Origin: Candidatus Aenigmatarchaeota archaeon | Lineage (GTDB): Archaea; Nanobdellota; Nanobdellia; Woesearchaeales; ARS49 | NCBI GenBank assembly: GCA_016198725.1 | Contig: JACQIC010000078.1 | Location: 1-31,102, forward strand | DNA: 31,102 nucleotides | Direction: 5' to 3' | Shown here: one piece after another, positions 1 to 9,083 of the stretch | How positions within the stretch are numbered: position 1 is the stretch's first letter | How the letters are laid out: each line of letters begins with the position of its first letter | Translations under genes and position numbers: made by a program | Notes under the pieces: model-generated | Told to the model about the DNA's origin: nothing | Database searches by the model: none | Seen by the model: the letters and a program-made list of their open reading frames with translations, nothing else

Positions 1-72
1 AGAAAAGAGTGAGTTTCCGCGCAAAGCCCAAAAAACCATAAACTTAATAAATAACAACAAAATATTTTGTGC

Positions 73-573
73 ATGAAACGTAGTGTTGGAAACTTAGCAG
101 AAATCATTTTCTCATTCGGCGTCGCTGCAGGAACAGTTTCATTTGGAGCGTATGCCACGTATGATTATGCTACAAAGATACGCGGCCCTGAAAAACAAGT
201 TCTCAATGCCACAGAAGAGTATGTAGGTGAATTATCAGAAAAGGCAAGCCAGGATAATGAGCATACAAAACAACTCATTTCTTACGCGCGTCATACACTT
301 GAGCTTGTCGCAACAAATCCACAACTAACAAGAGATGCGCGATTATATGAAAAAGAACTAATGCAGCTTGAAGAACAATTAAAGGCAACAACCACACCAG
401 AACTGCGAAAAGCAGCTCTTGAAACCGCAAGCGCACGTTTAGATCGGCTGTCAGATGATAAGTTCAGTGGATATGGATATCGGGTTATTTACGGATTGTC
501 AATGCTTCTCTTAAGTTTTTGCGCAGTATCTTTTGTTGGCGTAGGCATTCGTGCGTACCGCGAGCAACAATAA
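73..573 (+). CDS. hypothetical membrane protein (N- and C-terminal hydrophobic segments around a helical soluble region)
   Basis: ORF 67..573 opens on TTG; first ATG is at 73. Hydrophobic stretches IIFSFGVAAGTVSFGAYA and VIYGLSMLLLSFCAVSFVGVGI. No family recognised. Confidence 0.6.
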   Translation: MKRSVGNLAEIIFSFGVAAGTVSFGAYATYDYATKIRGPEKQVLNATEEYVGELSEKASQDNEHTKQLISYARHTLELVATNPQLTRDARLYEKELMQLEEQLKATTTPELRKAALETASARLDRLSDDKFSGYGYRVIYGLSMLLLSFCAVSFVGVGIRAYREQQ

Positions 574-593
574 TATACAATAATATTATACTC

Positions 594-672
594 ACTGACA
601 AAAGTTTTCATACAAAAAGTTGTCAGTTCGTAATAAGCAAATGACAGTTTTGTATAAAAATTTGTGTCATTT
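594..672. repeat. tandem pair of inverted repeats (8-bp stems, 18-nt AT-rich loops) between convergent genes; terminator-like
   Basis: ACTGACAA 594-601 / TTGTCAGT 620-627 and AAATGACA 639-646 / TGTCATTT 665-672. The second overlaps the queA stop. Confidence 0.7.
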
Positions 673-1641
673 ACTATAAGACAAAATAATCATTGCATCA
701 CCAAAACTATAGAATCTATATCTTTCTTTTATTGCTTCTTGATATGCTTCCATGATTCTTTCTCTTGACAAAAAAGCAGAGACCAGCATCAGTAAACTTG
801 ATTTTGGCAGGTGAAAATTGGTGATGATGCCTGCATAGTTCAGCTTCCACTTGTGGCCGGGATAAATAAATATTGAAGTCTCTCCAGTCATTGATAACAC
901 TTTTCCATCTTTTGCAGCAGATTCAAGCGCTCTGATGGAAGTTGTTCCAACAACAAACAATTTTCCTTTGCGGTTGTTTATTTTGTCAGCAGTTTCTTTT
1001 GAAATTGAGAAAAATTCTGAATGCATTTTGTGATTTTCTATTTCTTGTTCTTTGACTGGCAAAAAAGTACCAAGACCAACATGCAACGTTACTTTTGCGA
1101 CAATAACTCCTTTGTTTTCTATCTTCTTCAACAATTCTGGAGTGAAGTGCAGGCCGGCAGTTGGAGCTGCGGCAGAACCTTCTTTTTCTGCATATACTGT
1201 GTTGTATCTTTCCAATGAGGTATATGATTTAATGTATGGTGGAAGAGGCGTTTTGCCAAGCTGTTGCAGGTGTGGAATAATATCTTCTGAAAAAGAAATC
1301 ACGTTGTCCTGCACAGTTCCTGTTATATTGCCAAATAATATTTTGTTTGAAGTCTTGCCTCTGGTTAGGCATTCCCATTTTAATTTGTTAATCTGCTTAA
1401 GCAATAATATTTCTACTTTTCCTCCTGTTTCTTTTTTTCCAGCTAGTTTTGCAGGAAATACTTTTGAATCGTTCAGTACAAGAACATCGCCTTCTGAGAA
1501 ATAATCAATAATGTCTGTAAATTTTTTATGCAGAATAGCCATATCGGAAACTGCCATTAATCTTGAAGCGTCCCTTTGCGTGATAGGCGTCTGCGCAATA
1601 AGCTCTTTTGGAAGTACATAATCAAAGTTTAAAAGGTCCAT
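667..1641 (-). CDS. queA: S-adenosylmethionine:tRNA ribosyltransferase-isomerase
   Basis: Motifs FDYVLPKELIAQTP, RDASRLM, LVLNDSKVFPAKL, GSAAAPTAGLHFT, TLHVGLGTFLPV, VGTTSIRALES, TNFHLPKSSLLMLVSAF, YRFYSFGDAM. Start placed at 1641 (alternative 1647) from TATA spacing. Confidence 0.95.
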   Translation of the reverse strand: MDLLNFDYVLPKELIAQTPITQRDASRLMAVSDMAILHKKFTDIIDYFSEGDVLVLNDSKVFPAKLAGKKETGGKVEILLLKQINKLKWECLTRGKTSNKILFGNITGTVQDNVISFSEDIIPHLQQLGKTPLPPYIKSYTSLERYNTVYAEKEGSAAAPTAGLHFTPELLKKIENKGVIVAKVTLHVGLGTFLPVKEQEIENHKMHSEFFSISKETADKINNRKGKLFVVGTTSIRALESAAKDGKVLSMTGETSIFIYPGHKWKLNYAGIITNFHLPKSSLLMLVSAFLSRERIMEAYQEAIKERYRFYSFGDAMIILSYSK

Positions 1642-1662
1642 TTGCATAAATAAATTAATATA

Positions 1663-1670
1663 CTTATAAA
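1663..1670. promoter_or_regulatory. shared bidirectional TATA box for queA and the divergent oxidoreductase
   Basis: CTTATAAA lies 23-30 nt before the ATG at 1693 (+) and 22-29 nt before the ATG at 1641 (-). Confidence 0.55.
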
Positions 1671-1692
1671 CCACAGTGCTTGAATACTATAA

Positions 1693-2787
1693 ATGGCATT
1701 ACCAAAACTTGATTGCTCATTTGACGTTATTGTTGTTGGCGGTGGATTTTGTGGTATTAATACTGCAAAAATTCTTGATAAAGCGCTTCCAAAAGACAGC
1801 ACACTTGCATTGTTTGACAAAAAGGACTATTTTGAGTACACGCCAAGTGTTCACAAAGTAATATTTAATCTGGATTATGAGAGGAAAATAGCTATTCCTT
1901 TTCAAAACCTGCTTAAACGTACAGCAGTTTTTACAGAAAGCGTCACAGCAATTACTCCTGCATACATCAAAACAAAAAATGGCACATACGGTTTCAAATA
2001 TCTTGTTGTAAGTTCTGGAATCGCGTACCCAATTTTACTTGAAAACAAGAAAAACACGTTTGTGCTGAAAAATTGCGAAGAAGCAAAGAAAATTCACAAA
2101 GCGCTGAAAAAAGCCGAAAATATCATAATTGTCGGAGGCGGTCTGATAGGCGCTGAAATTGCAGGGGAAATAGTGACAAAAACAACAGGGAAAAACATTA
2201 CTATGATTGAGCCAGGCGAACGCATCTTATCGCGAAACCCGCAGGGCGCTTCAAGATGGGCTGCTCGTTTTCTGACAAAACGTGGATGCAAAATAATTTA
2301 TGGAGAAAAAGTTATCAAACAAAAAAACGGTCAAGTCATAACTGACAAATACTCAAGAATTCCGGCGGATATTATTTTTTGGTGCGCAGGAATTAAGTGT
2401 GACAGCAGTTTTCTTGCAAATGGACTGTTGAAAGCAGTGAATAAGCGCAAATGTGTGTTGGTTAATGACTTGCTTCAGATTGAAGGGTTTCCCAACATTT
2501 TCTGCGGAGGAGACCTTACTGCGATTCCAGAAGAGAAAACAGCACAAAATGCAGAACACCATGCACGCATCATAGCACACAACATTCTCACATCTCTGGG
2601 GGTGTGCAAGACATTGTTTAAACACGCGCATGGTTCAGGACCGCTTGTTATCAGTTTTGGAGACTGGGCAGGATTGTTCATATACAAATCATTCTGGTGG
2701 GGTGGAATCATCCCTGCAATCATGAAGAAAATGATAGAAATTAGGGTTATAGCAAATCTCATTAAATTCAGAACAAAGTATTTTTAG
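1693..2787 (+). CDS. FAD/NAD(P)-dependent pyridine nucleotide-disulfide oxidoreductase (AIF/AMID/NDH-2-like)
   Basis: Two Rossmann motifs (VIVVGGGFCG, IIIVGGGLIGAE), LVVSSG, and FPNIFCGGD. Confidence 0.85.
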   Translation: MALPKLDCSFDVIVVGGGFCGINTAKILDKALPKDSTLALFDKKDYFEYTPSVHKVIFNLDYERKIAIPFQNLLKRTAVFTESVTAITPAYIKTKNGTYGFKYLVVSSGIAYPILLENKKNTFVLKNCEEAKKIHKALKKAENIIIVGGGLIGAEIAGEIVTKTTGKNITMIEPGERILSRNPQGASRWAARFLTKRGCKIIYGEKVIKQKNGQVITDKYSRIPADIIFWCAGIKCDSSFLANGLLKAVNKRKCVLVNDLLQIEGFPNIFCGGDLTAIPEEKTAQNAEHHARIIAHNILTSLGVCKTLFKHAHGSGPLVISFGDWAGLFIYKSFWWGGIIPAIMKKMIEIRVIANLIKFRTKYF

Positions 2788-2824
2788 CGGTTCTTTTAAA
2801 TATATTGTCCTGCATATTGGTGAT

Positions 2825-4516
2825 ATGAATAGGCGTTTCATTATACTTTTTGTCATTGCGCTAGTTCTCAGGCTTTTTGTGGCGTTTCAGCCGTTTGAAG
2901 AGGACGAATATCACTGGGCGGGTTCTGCTGAAAGAGAGGACTGGTTTGGCAGCGTGATGAGAAACAGCCCGTTATCAATTTATGCCGCGCAAGTATCTGT
3001 GAACTTACTCGGGCTTTCTGTGCTGGCAATTCGTCTGCCATTCATAATTGCAGGTCTGCTGACAATTTTTGGAGTTTATTTTTTTGCAAGAAAACTGGCA
3101 GGAGAAAAAACTGCACTGGTTGCCGCAGCATTGCTTGCATTATCTCCGCATCATATCCTCGCAAGTACACAGGCAACGTATGAAGGAAGCTTTCTCGCAT
3201 TGTTTTTCTTTCTAACACTTGCTGCAGTCATTGAAAAACAATATTTTTGGAGCGGGATGTTTTTTGGGTTTGCACTGCTGTCAAAAACAAGCGCTTTTGT
3301 GCTGTTTCCGCCGCTTGTTTTCCTGCTAAGCTGGAGAGATGCAAAATTATTTACTGCAGTTAAAATCACCTTTCTGAATTTGCTTGCAGGACTAAGCATT
3401 TTTTTTGTTGGATTTGGAATTCCAAGCATTATTGCACAATCACCTGCATTTATCAACTCAATCGCACAGCTCATCAGCCAGACAGGGTTTCAGAGAGAAA
3501 ACTTCCTGCTTCTGCTAATACAGTATGCGCAGGCAATAATTTGGATTGGGCCGCTATTGTTGTTCGCACCGCTTTTTTCTTCTTGGAATAAGAACAAAAA
3601 ATACTGGTTTGTTATTGGTTATATACTGCTGTTTTATATCATAATTGTCAAGGACAATTTTCCGCCAATTGAAAGGTACTTGATGATATTGCTTCCATTT
3701 TTGTCAATTCTTTCAGCAGACAGCATTGCTTCTTTAAAATTAACCAAAAAAAATGTTGTGATGGCAGGCATAGTATTTTGTGCAGCAGTTGCAGGGGGTG
3801 TTGCGCTGCAATTGATGAACAATGATGTTCTTCCATTTTCTCAAAAAACAACATTCATTGAGCGAGTGATAAATTTTTCATTGAATTTTCTTGTGCCTAT
3901 AAGCGGCAGTTCTGGCCCTGTTGGTTTTTATTTGCCTTTCAGCATTATAGGGATAGCATTTATTATTAGTGCAGGCATTTTCATATCCTCATTTTTTGAC
4001 AGCAAAAAAATGAAAGCTGTATGTTTGACAGTTATGTTCGGGGTTGGAGGCGCATACTCATTTTTGTTTTATTTGGAGTATGCAACAGGCATTTTTAATG
4101 GAAGTGTGCCAGATGCAATTTATGCTGTTATTGATTACGCAAACGCTCACGATTTGCAGGCGCCGGTTTATTTTATGCGAAATTATGCACTTCAATACAC
4201 CCTTGATGCAAGGTACAAAAGAAATCCTGTGCTTGATACACTGCCAAAATTTGACTATTTTTCATTTGATTCATACCGCAAATATGATGCAACAGTACAG
4301 TTAAAACTCGCGACACAACTTGGAGTTGACAAAAATATTAGAACTTTAAGTTTCGCAGACGATAATGAACTGAAAGTACAGGAACTAAAAAAAGAAGGAG
4401 GAACATTCCTTATTGTTGATTTTCCTGCGATTGATAAAAGCGGACCATTGTTTGGTTACCTTAGAAGTTGCAATAAAACAAGAGTGCATGAAATAGGATA
4501 TGTGTTTGTGTGTTGA
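2825..4516 (+). CDS. GT-C superfamily membrane glycosyltransferase (ArnT/PMT_2-like)
   Basis: N-terminal TM then FEEDE acidic loop, RLPFIIAG, LLALSPHHILAS, LLSKTSAF, ERYL; many TM helices and a soluble C-terminal domain. Confidence 0.8.
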   Translation: MNRRFIILFVIALVLRLFVAFQPFEEDEYHWAGSAEREDWFGSVMRNSPLSIYAAQVSVNLLGLSVLAIRLPFIIAGLLTIFGVYFFARKLAGEKTALVAAALLALSPHHILASTQATYEGSFLALFFFLTLAAVIEKQYFWSGMFFGFALLSKTSAFVLFPPLVFLLSWRDAKLFTAVKITFLNLLAGLSIFFVGFGIPSIIAQSPAFINSIAQLISQTGFQRENFLLLLIQYAQAIIWIGPLLLFAPLFSSWNKNKKYWFVIGYILLFYIIIVKDNFPPIERYLMILLPFLSILSADSIASLKLTKKNVVMAGIVFCAAVAGGVALQLMNNDVLPFSQKTTFIERVINFSLNFLVPISGSSGPVGFYLPFSIIGIAFIISAGIFISSFFDSKKMKAVCLTVMFGVGGAYSFLFYLEYATGIFNGSVPDAIYAVIDYANAHDLQAPVYFMRNYALQYTLDARYKRNPVLDTLPKFDYFSFDSYRKYDATVQLKLATQLGVDKNIRTLSFADDNELKVQELKKEGGTFLIVDFPAIDKSGPLFGYLRSCNKTRVHEIGYVFVC

Positions 4517-4566
4517 ATTTCCAATTCGAGAAATAATCCATAACCCTTAAAAATCACTTTAATTTG

Positions 4567-4609
4567 TATTTTCACGTGTGAAGCGCAAAGCGCTGAACTC
4601 GGGAAAATA
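4567..4609 (+). repeat. REP-like hairpin, copy 1 (AGCGC-AAA-GCGCT core)
   Basis: TATTTTC 4567-4573 / GAAAATA 4603-4609 enclose core 4582-4594. The element ends at the A of the downstream ATG. Confidence 0.65.
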
Positions 4610-5340
4610 TGTGGAAGAATCAGACTGTGGGCGTTGTTTTTTCAACGTACAACGAAAAAGACAGCATCAGGCAACAGATAGAAGACTGTTTTGCAACAGG
4701 CTTTGTTGATGAAGTTATTGTTGTCAATAACAATGCGTCAGCAGGCACAGATGAAGAAGTTCGCAAGACAAAAGCAAAACTTGTTTATGAGAAAAAACAA
4801 GGATATGGGTATGGCTACCGGACAGGACTGCGTGAAGTCAAGACTGGCATCATAATTATGAGTGAACCAGATGGGACTTTTGATCACAAAAGGGATATTC
4901 CGAAGCTTTTGATTTACTCTGATGATTTTTCTGTTGTTTTTGGTACGCGAACAACGCAGGCGCTCATACATCAGGGTGCAAACATGGGAATTTTTCTGAA
5001 ATGGGGGAACGTGTTTGTTGCAAAACTTATTGAAGTGTTTTTTAGCACGACACACCTGAGCGATGTTGGGTGTACACTTCGTTTATATAAACGCAAAGCG
5101 TTGCATAAAATAATGCCTCATTTCAGTATTGGCGGAAATTATTTCAGCCCTGAAATGATTGTGTTAACAGCTATGCACCGCATTCCATTTGTTGAAATTC
5201 CTGTTAATTTTCTTCAGAGAATTGGAGAAAGCAGGGGTGCTGCCAATTTCTTGAAAGCATTTAAACTTGGAATGTACATGATAGGGCTTATTTGTTATTA
5301 CAGAATAAATTCAATAGTCTATCCTAAAAGGTACAAATGA
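4609..5340 (+). CDS. glycosyltransferase family 2 (DPM1-like polyprenol-phosphate glycosyltransferase)
   Basis: VVFSTYNE, VIVVNNNAS, GYGYGYRTG, MSEPDGTFD (variant DxD), VFGTR, DVGCTLRLYKR, EIPVNFLQRIGES. Confidence 0.85.
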   Translation: MWKNQTVGVVFSTYNEKDSIRQQIEDCFATGFVDEVIVVNNNASAGTDEEVRKTKAKLVYEKKQGYGYGYRTGLREVKTGIIIMSEPDGTFDHKRDIPKLLIYSDDFSVVFGTRTTQALIHQGANMGIFLKWGNVFVAKLIEVFFSTTHLSDVGCTLRLYKRKALHKIMPHFSIGGNYFSPEMIVLTAMHRIPFVEIPVNFLQRIGESRGAANFLKAFKLGMYMIGLICYYRINSIVYPKRYK

Positions 5341-6527
5341 AACTTTATCCTCTGAGGGCTGAACATTACAAGTATGACAATAAATATGGGACAGTTCATC
5401 TTGCAGGCAGATCGCCAAAATATCATGTTGCAAACATTTACAAGCCGTTGCTCGCAATTATTGACGCATTGGGTGGGTGCCTGTTTTTCTTTAACAAGCT
5501 AAAAAAACAGCCAGCACAGCCAAAAAAAATACTTGTAATACGGCTTGATCATTTAGGTGATGTGGTGATGACTCTTCCAAGTTATGCTGCGCTTAAACAA
5601 CTTTATCCGCACGCCGAAATTCACACTCTTGTGCGTGGATTTGCAGAAGATCTTTTTTATCAGAATACGAATGTTGACAAAGTAATTCCATTTGACCCGC
5701 CATGGTTTGCCCGTGATAAAAAAACTTCATTGTGCGGCACGCTTAAGTTTCTTCTGAATCTCCGCAAACAAAACTACGATTTAGTTATAGAACTTCATGC
5801 TGATCCCAGAAATATCATTGCCGCAGCGCTTATAGGAGGTTATAGGCTTGGTTATGGAATTCGCGGATTTGGTTTTCTGCTGCACAAAATAGTTGAATTT
5901 CCAGTTTTCAACCATATGATTGAGAGTAATATTGCGTTAATCAGGGCTTTAGGGTACAGTGGGAGAACACCATTAGAGGCGTTAAAACTCGCATATTCAT
6001 CAGAGGATGAACAAGTGATTAATCAATACGGTTATTCTGGCAGGAAATATGTTATTATCAACCCCGGAACTGGACGGCAAAACAAGTACTGGGTTGCAGA
6101 ACGATGGGCGCAAGTGGCTGATGCGCTCATAAGTGAGGGATATCTTGTTATTCTGACAGGCAGCGCGGCAGACATTCAAGAATGCGGAAAAATACAAAAT
6201 GTCATGAACTGCAAGGCAGCTATGCTTGCAGGAAAGACAACACTGCGACAATTATTAGCGCTTGTTGCGCACGCGTCGCTTGTTCTCTCTCCAGATACGG
6301 GTATTGCTCATTTCGCGGTAAGTCTTGGCACGCCTTCAATAACTTTATTTGGGCCGATACCGCCTGCGTTGGCAGGATATGAAGATGCCAAGCACAAGTG
6401 CATAGTAAAAATACTGCCGTGCAGTTACTGCGCAAAAGCAGTATGCCCGCGTGCAGACAAGCCAAATGAATGTATGATGCTTATCACTGCAGGAGAAGTT
6501 ATTGCAACAGCAAAGGGAATATTATAA
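5337..6527 (+). CDS. glycosyltransferase family 9 (WaaF/RfaQ heptosyltransferase-like)
   Basis: KKILVIRLDHLGDVVMTLP, INPGTG..KYW..ERWAQVAD, LAGKTTLRQL, SPDTGIAHFA, ITLFGP. ATGA overlap with the upstream GT2. Confidence 0.9.
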   Translation: MKLYPLRAEHYKYDNKYGTVHLAGRSPKYHVANIYKPLLAIIDALGGCLFFFNKLKKQPAQPKKILVIRLDHLGDVVMTLPSYAALKQLYPHAEIHTLVRGFAEDLFYQNTNVDKVIPFDPPWFARDKKTSLCGTLKFLLNLRKQNYDLVIELHADPRNIIAAALIGGYRLGYGIRGFGFLLHKIVEFPVFNHMIESNIALIRALGYSGRTPLEALKLAYSSEDEQVINQYGYSGRKYVIINPGTGRQNKYWVAERWAQVADALISEGYLVILTGSAADIQECGKIQNVMNCKAAMLAGKTTLRQLLALVAHASLVLSPDTGIAHFAVSLGTPSITLFGPIPPALAGYEDAKHKCIVKILPCSYCAKAVCPRADKPNECMMLITAGEVIATAKGIL

Positions 6528-6532
6528 GCTCT

Positions 6533-6638
6533 TATAATAGACGAAGTAAATAATTAATATGAAATTAATATGATTTACTCGTCTATTATATTCGACAGAC
6601 ATAACAATTTATCATTAATTATATACTTATGTCTGTCG
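6533..6638. repeat. tandem pair of long inverted repeats with AT-rich loops
   Basis: TATAATAGACG 6533-6543 / CGTCTATTATA 6580-6590 (plus inner AGTAAAT/ATTTACT) and CGACAGACATAA 6593-6604 / TTATGTCTGTCG 6627-6638. Confidence 0.8.
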
Positions 6639-6692
6639 TTATAACAGTTATAGTTCTTAACATTTATAAATCATGACACGTGTGAAACACAG

Positions 6693-8099
6693 ATGCGTCT
6701 CATTAAGAACAGTGGCTACACGCTTGCAAGCAGCGTGCTTGGGGGTTTGTTTTTTTTCTTTGTCAACGCGCTTGTTGCAAGGCATCTTGGTGCAGAGGGT
6801 TTTGGAGCGTACACTTTCGTGCTTGCATTTCTTTCTTTCTTCTTTATGCTCGCGAATATTGGTATGGACAGCGTGATTGTCCGTGAACTTGCAAGAAACT
6901 GGAATGCAAAAGACAGCATTATTGGCGGAGCGGTTATGTTAAGAACGCTGTTTTCCCTGGCGGCAATGATACTTTCAGTTGCGCTCATTCGCGTACTTAA
7001 TTATTCAGAGTTTATTCAGTATGGAGTACTTTTGGTGGCGCTCACTCTTTTGACGAATTCTCTAGTGAGCCTTTGGTGGTCGGTATTTCAAGCGCGATTT
7101 GAAATGAAGTGGTATGCGCTCACAAATTTGAGTGGCAGAGCAGGAATTTTGGCGCTGACAATTTTCTTTATACTGCAAAAGCAAGGAGTGCTTTGGCTTT
7201 TGGCAGTGCACACGCTCGCAGGAATAGTGCAGTTGATTATTGTGTGGGTGCTTGCGGCAAAACGCATCACGTTCACGCTGAAATTTGACAAAGAACGCAT
7301 CCTGTTTCTGCTCAGGGAATCATGGCCTTTGGCGCTTGCAGGACTTTTCATTTCACTGTATTATAGAGTTGACGTGTTTATGCTTTCATTCTGGCGGCCT
7401 CAACAAGACATAGGGTACTACGCGGCAGTATACACTATTACAGAAGCGCCTGCGATGATATCAGTTGCCTTGAACGCATCGCTTTATCCGCTGCTTTCTC
7501 AACTGCACACGGTAAAAAACAAGTTCCAGCAATACAGTGCGTGGTCTGTGAAAGCGATGATGGTGCTTGCGTTGCCAATGGCAATAGGTACAACCATACT
7601 CGCACAGCCGGTAATAAACGTAGTTTATGGACAAGCATACACTGCATCAGTTCCTGTACTGCAGGTGCTTATCTGGGCAGGAGGAATAATAATGACAAAC
7701 GTCATAATCGCATCAATGCTCAATGCGCTTGGCGCCCAAAAAATAACAACAACTGCAACAGGATTCAACCTGATGCTTAATGCAGCATTGAACTTGTACG
7801 CTATTCCTCGCTATGGAATTATGGGTGCTGCGGCAACAACTGTTGCAACAGAACTTGTTTGTGGATTAATGATGTGGTATGCGTTATACAAAAAGAATTA
7901 CCAGATAATCCACTATTCTTGGCTCAGGTGCGTTTTTGCGGCAATACTGATGGGTGCAGTTGTTTACACAATAAAATCACTTCAACTTCCAATTGTCATA
8001 ATTGTCGGGATGCTTTCATATGCAATATTTTTGTTTCTTCTCAAAGGAATCACCGCGGCAGACATAAATATTTTTCACAGAATATGGAGAATGAAATGA
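6693..8099 (+). CDS. Wzx-like oligosaccharide flippase (MOP superfamily)
   Basis: LVARHLGAEGFGAY, IVRELAR, LLRESWPL, IYYRVD-like SLYYRVDVFML, IGYYAAVY, LYAIPRYGIMGAAATTVATE; about 12-14 TM. TTTATAAA at 6663-6670. Confidence 0.9.
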   Translation: MRLIKNSGYTLASSVLGGLFFFFVNALVARHLGAEGFGAYTFVLAFLSFFFMLANIGMDSVIVRELARNWNAKDSIIGGAVMLRTLFSLAAMILSVALIRVLNYSEFIQYGVLLVALTLLTNSLVSLWWSVFQARFEMKWYALTNLSGRAGILALTIFFILQKQGVLWLLAVHTLAGIVQLIIVWVLAAKRITFTLKFDKERILFLLRESWPLALAGLFISLYYRVDVFMLSFWRPQQDIGYYAAVYTITEAPAMISVALNASLYPLLSQLHTVKNKFQQYSAWSVKAMMVLALPMAIGTTILAQPVINVVYGQAYTASVPVLQVLIWAGGIIMTNVIIASMLNALGAQKITTTATGFNLMLNAALNLYAIPRYGIMGAAATTVATELVCGLMMWYALYKKNYQIIHYSWLRCVFAAILMGAVVYTIKSLQLPIVIIVGMLSYAIFLFLLKGITAADINIFHRIWRMK

Positions 8100-8902
8100 T
8101 ATCTGCGGTGCTTGTTGTGCACAACGAAGAACAACGAATCAGGCCCTGCCTCGAGAGCATTAAGCGTGTTGTTGATGAAATTATCATAGTGCATGATGGA
8201 GCATGTACTGATAAAACACTTAGCATTTGCAGAGAGTACAACGCAAAAGTGTTTGTGCGCCCATATATTGGCGAAGCAGAACCGCACAGGTGTTTTTCAT
8301 TCCAGAAATCAAAAGGTGACTGGGTGCTTCAAATCGATGCTGACGAAAGATTGTCTAAAGAAGCTCAGCATTGCATAAAACAGCTTGTCAAAAGCTCAAC
8401 AGCAGATGCTTACGCTTTTCGTTGGGAAGACCCTGAGGAAATACGCATTCTTGGTATTTTCGCCATTAAAAAATACAAGCCCTGCCTTTTTCGTAAAAAC
8501 AGAATAAAATTCACTGGGCTGGTGCACGAGCAGACAGGAACTACTGGAAGGATGGTAACGTCAGAAGTTCTTCTGCATCACAAGCCAAAACCATTGTCAA
8601 ATCCTGAAGTATTCAGAAAAAAGACAAGGCACTGGGCGCAAGTGGCGGCGCAAACATTGGTAAAAAGAAACATGGCAAAAAAACCCGCTTTTTATTACCT
8701 ATTCAAAGCGCCAATTTGGGCAATGATTTATTTATTCATCTATTTATTCTTTAAAGCATATATTCTCAGCGGCAAAAACGGATGGCTGATGGCAAAATAT
8801 CATGCAACATACAATTTTCTGCTTAACTATAACATTTATCGCGCAAAACTCGAGAGGGTAAATTTCAAAAAAACCAGTTCGTCATCAAAAGCAAAACCGT
8901 AG
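8096..8902 (+). CDS. glycosyltransferase family 2 (WaaE/KdtX-like beta-glycosyltransferase)
   Basis: Start at the ATGA overlap with the flippase stop. ISAVLVVHNEE, IIIVHDGACTDKT, WVLQIDADE, FTGLVHEQ, LLHH. Confidence 0.85.
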   Translation: MISAVLVVHNEEQRIRPCLESIKRVVDEIIIVHDGACTDKTLSICREYNAKVFVRPYIGEAEPHRCFSFQKSKGDWVLQIDADERLSKEAQHCIKQLVKSSTADAYAFRWEDPEEIRILGIFAIKKYKPCLFRKNRIKFTGLVHEQTGTTGRMVTSEVLLHHKPKPLSNPEVFRKKTRHWAQVAAQTLVKRNMAKKPAFYYLFKAPIWAMIYLFIYLFFKAYILSGKNGWLMAKYHATYNFLLNYNIYRAKLERVNFKKTSSSSKAKP

Positions 8903-8965
8903 CGTTCTCTTCAAAACCACAGTCATTAAAACCGTAGCCGTTATCTTGCCACCGTAGCCATCCCC
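8870..8965. repeat. degenerate tandem array of AAAACCGTAGCC-like units (15-20 nt period)
   Basis: ACCGTAGC at 8896, 8931 and 8951; variants ACCACAGTC at 8916 and AAAACCAGTTCG at 8870. Confidence 0.6.
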
Positions 8966-8966
8966 A

Positions 8967-9012
8967 GAATTTAGCTGAACGCAGCTGCGAAGCAGCGGAG
9001 TTCGCTAAATTC
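8967..9012 (+). repeat. REP-like hairpin, copy 2 (GCTGC-GAA-GCAGC core)
   Basis: GAATTTAGC 8967-8975 / GCTAAATTC 9004-9012, inner GAAC/GTTC, core 8984-8996. Confidence 0.7.
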
Positions 9013-9083
9013 GTACCGTAAGACCTGCAGCCAGGTGCGTATGTGCATAATATTTATAAGCGCCTTTCTTCTTTTTTTAAAAC

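Noticed and set aside
7859-8095. 79-aa N-terminal extension of the GT2 ORF
   Set aside because: It lies within the flippase gene; the GT2 fold begins at the ATGA overlap at 8096.
8870-8965. CRISPR array
   Set aside because: Units are 15-20 nt in total with no unique 30-40-nt spacers, and no cas genes are in the window.
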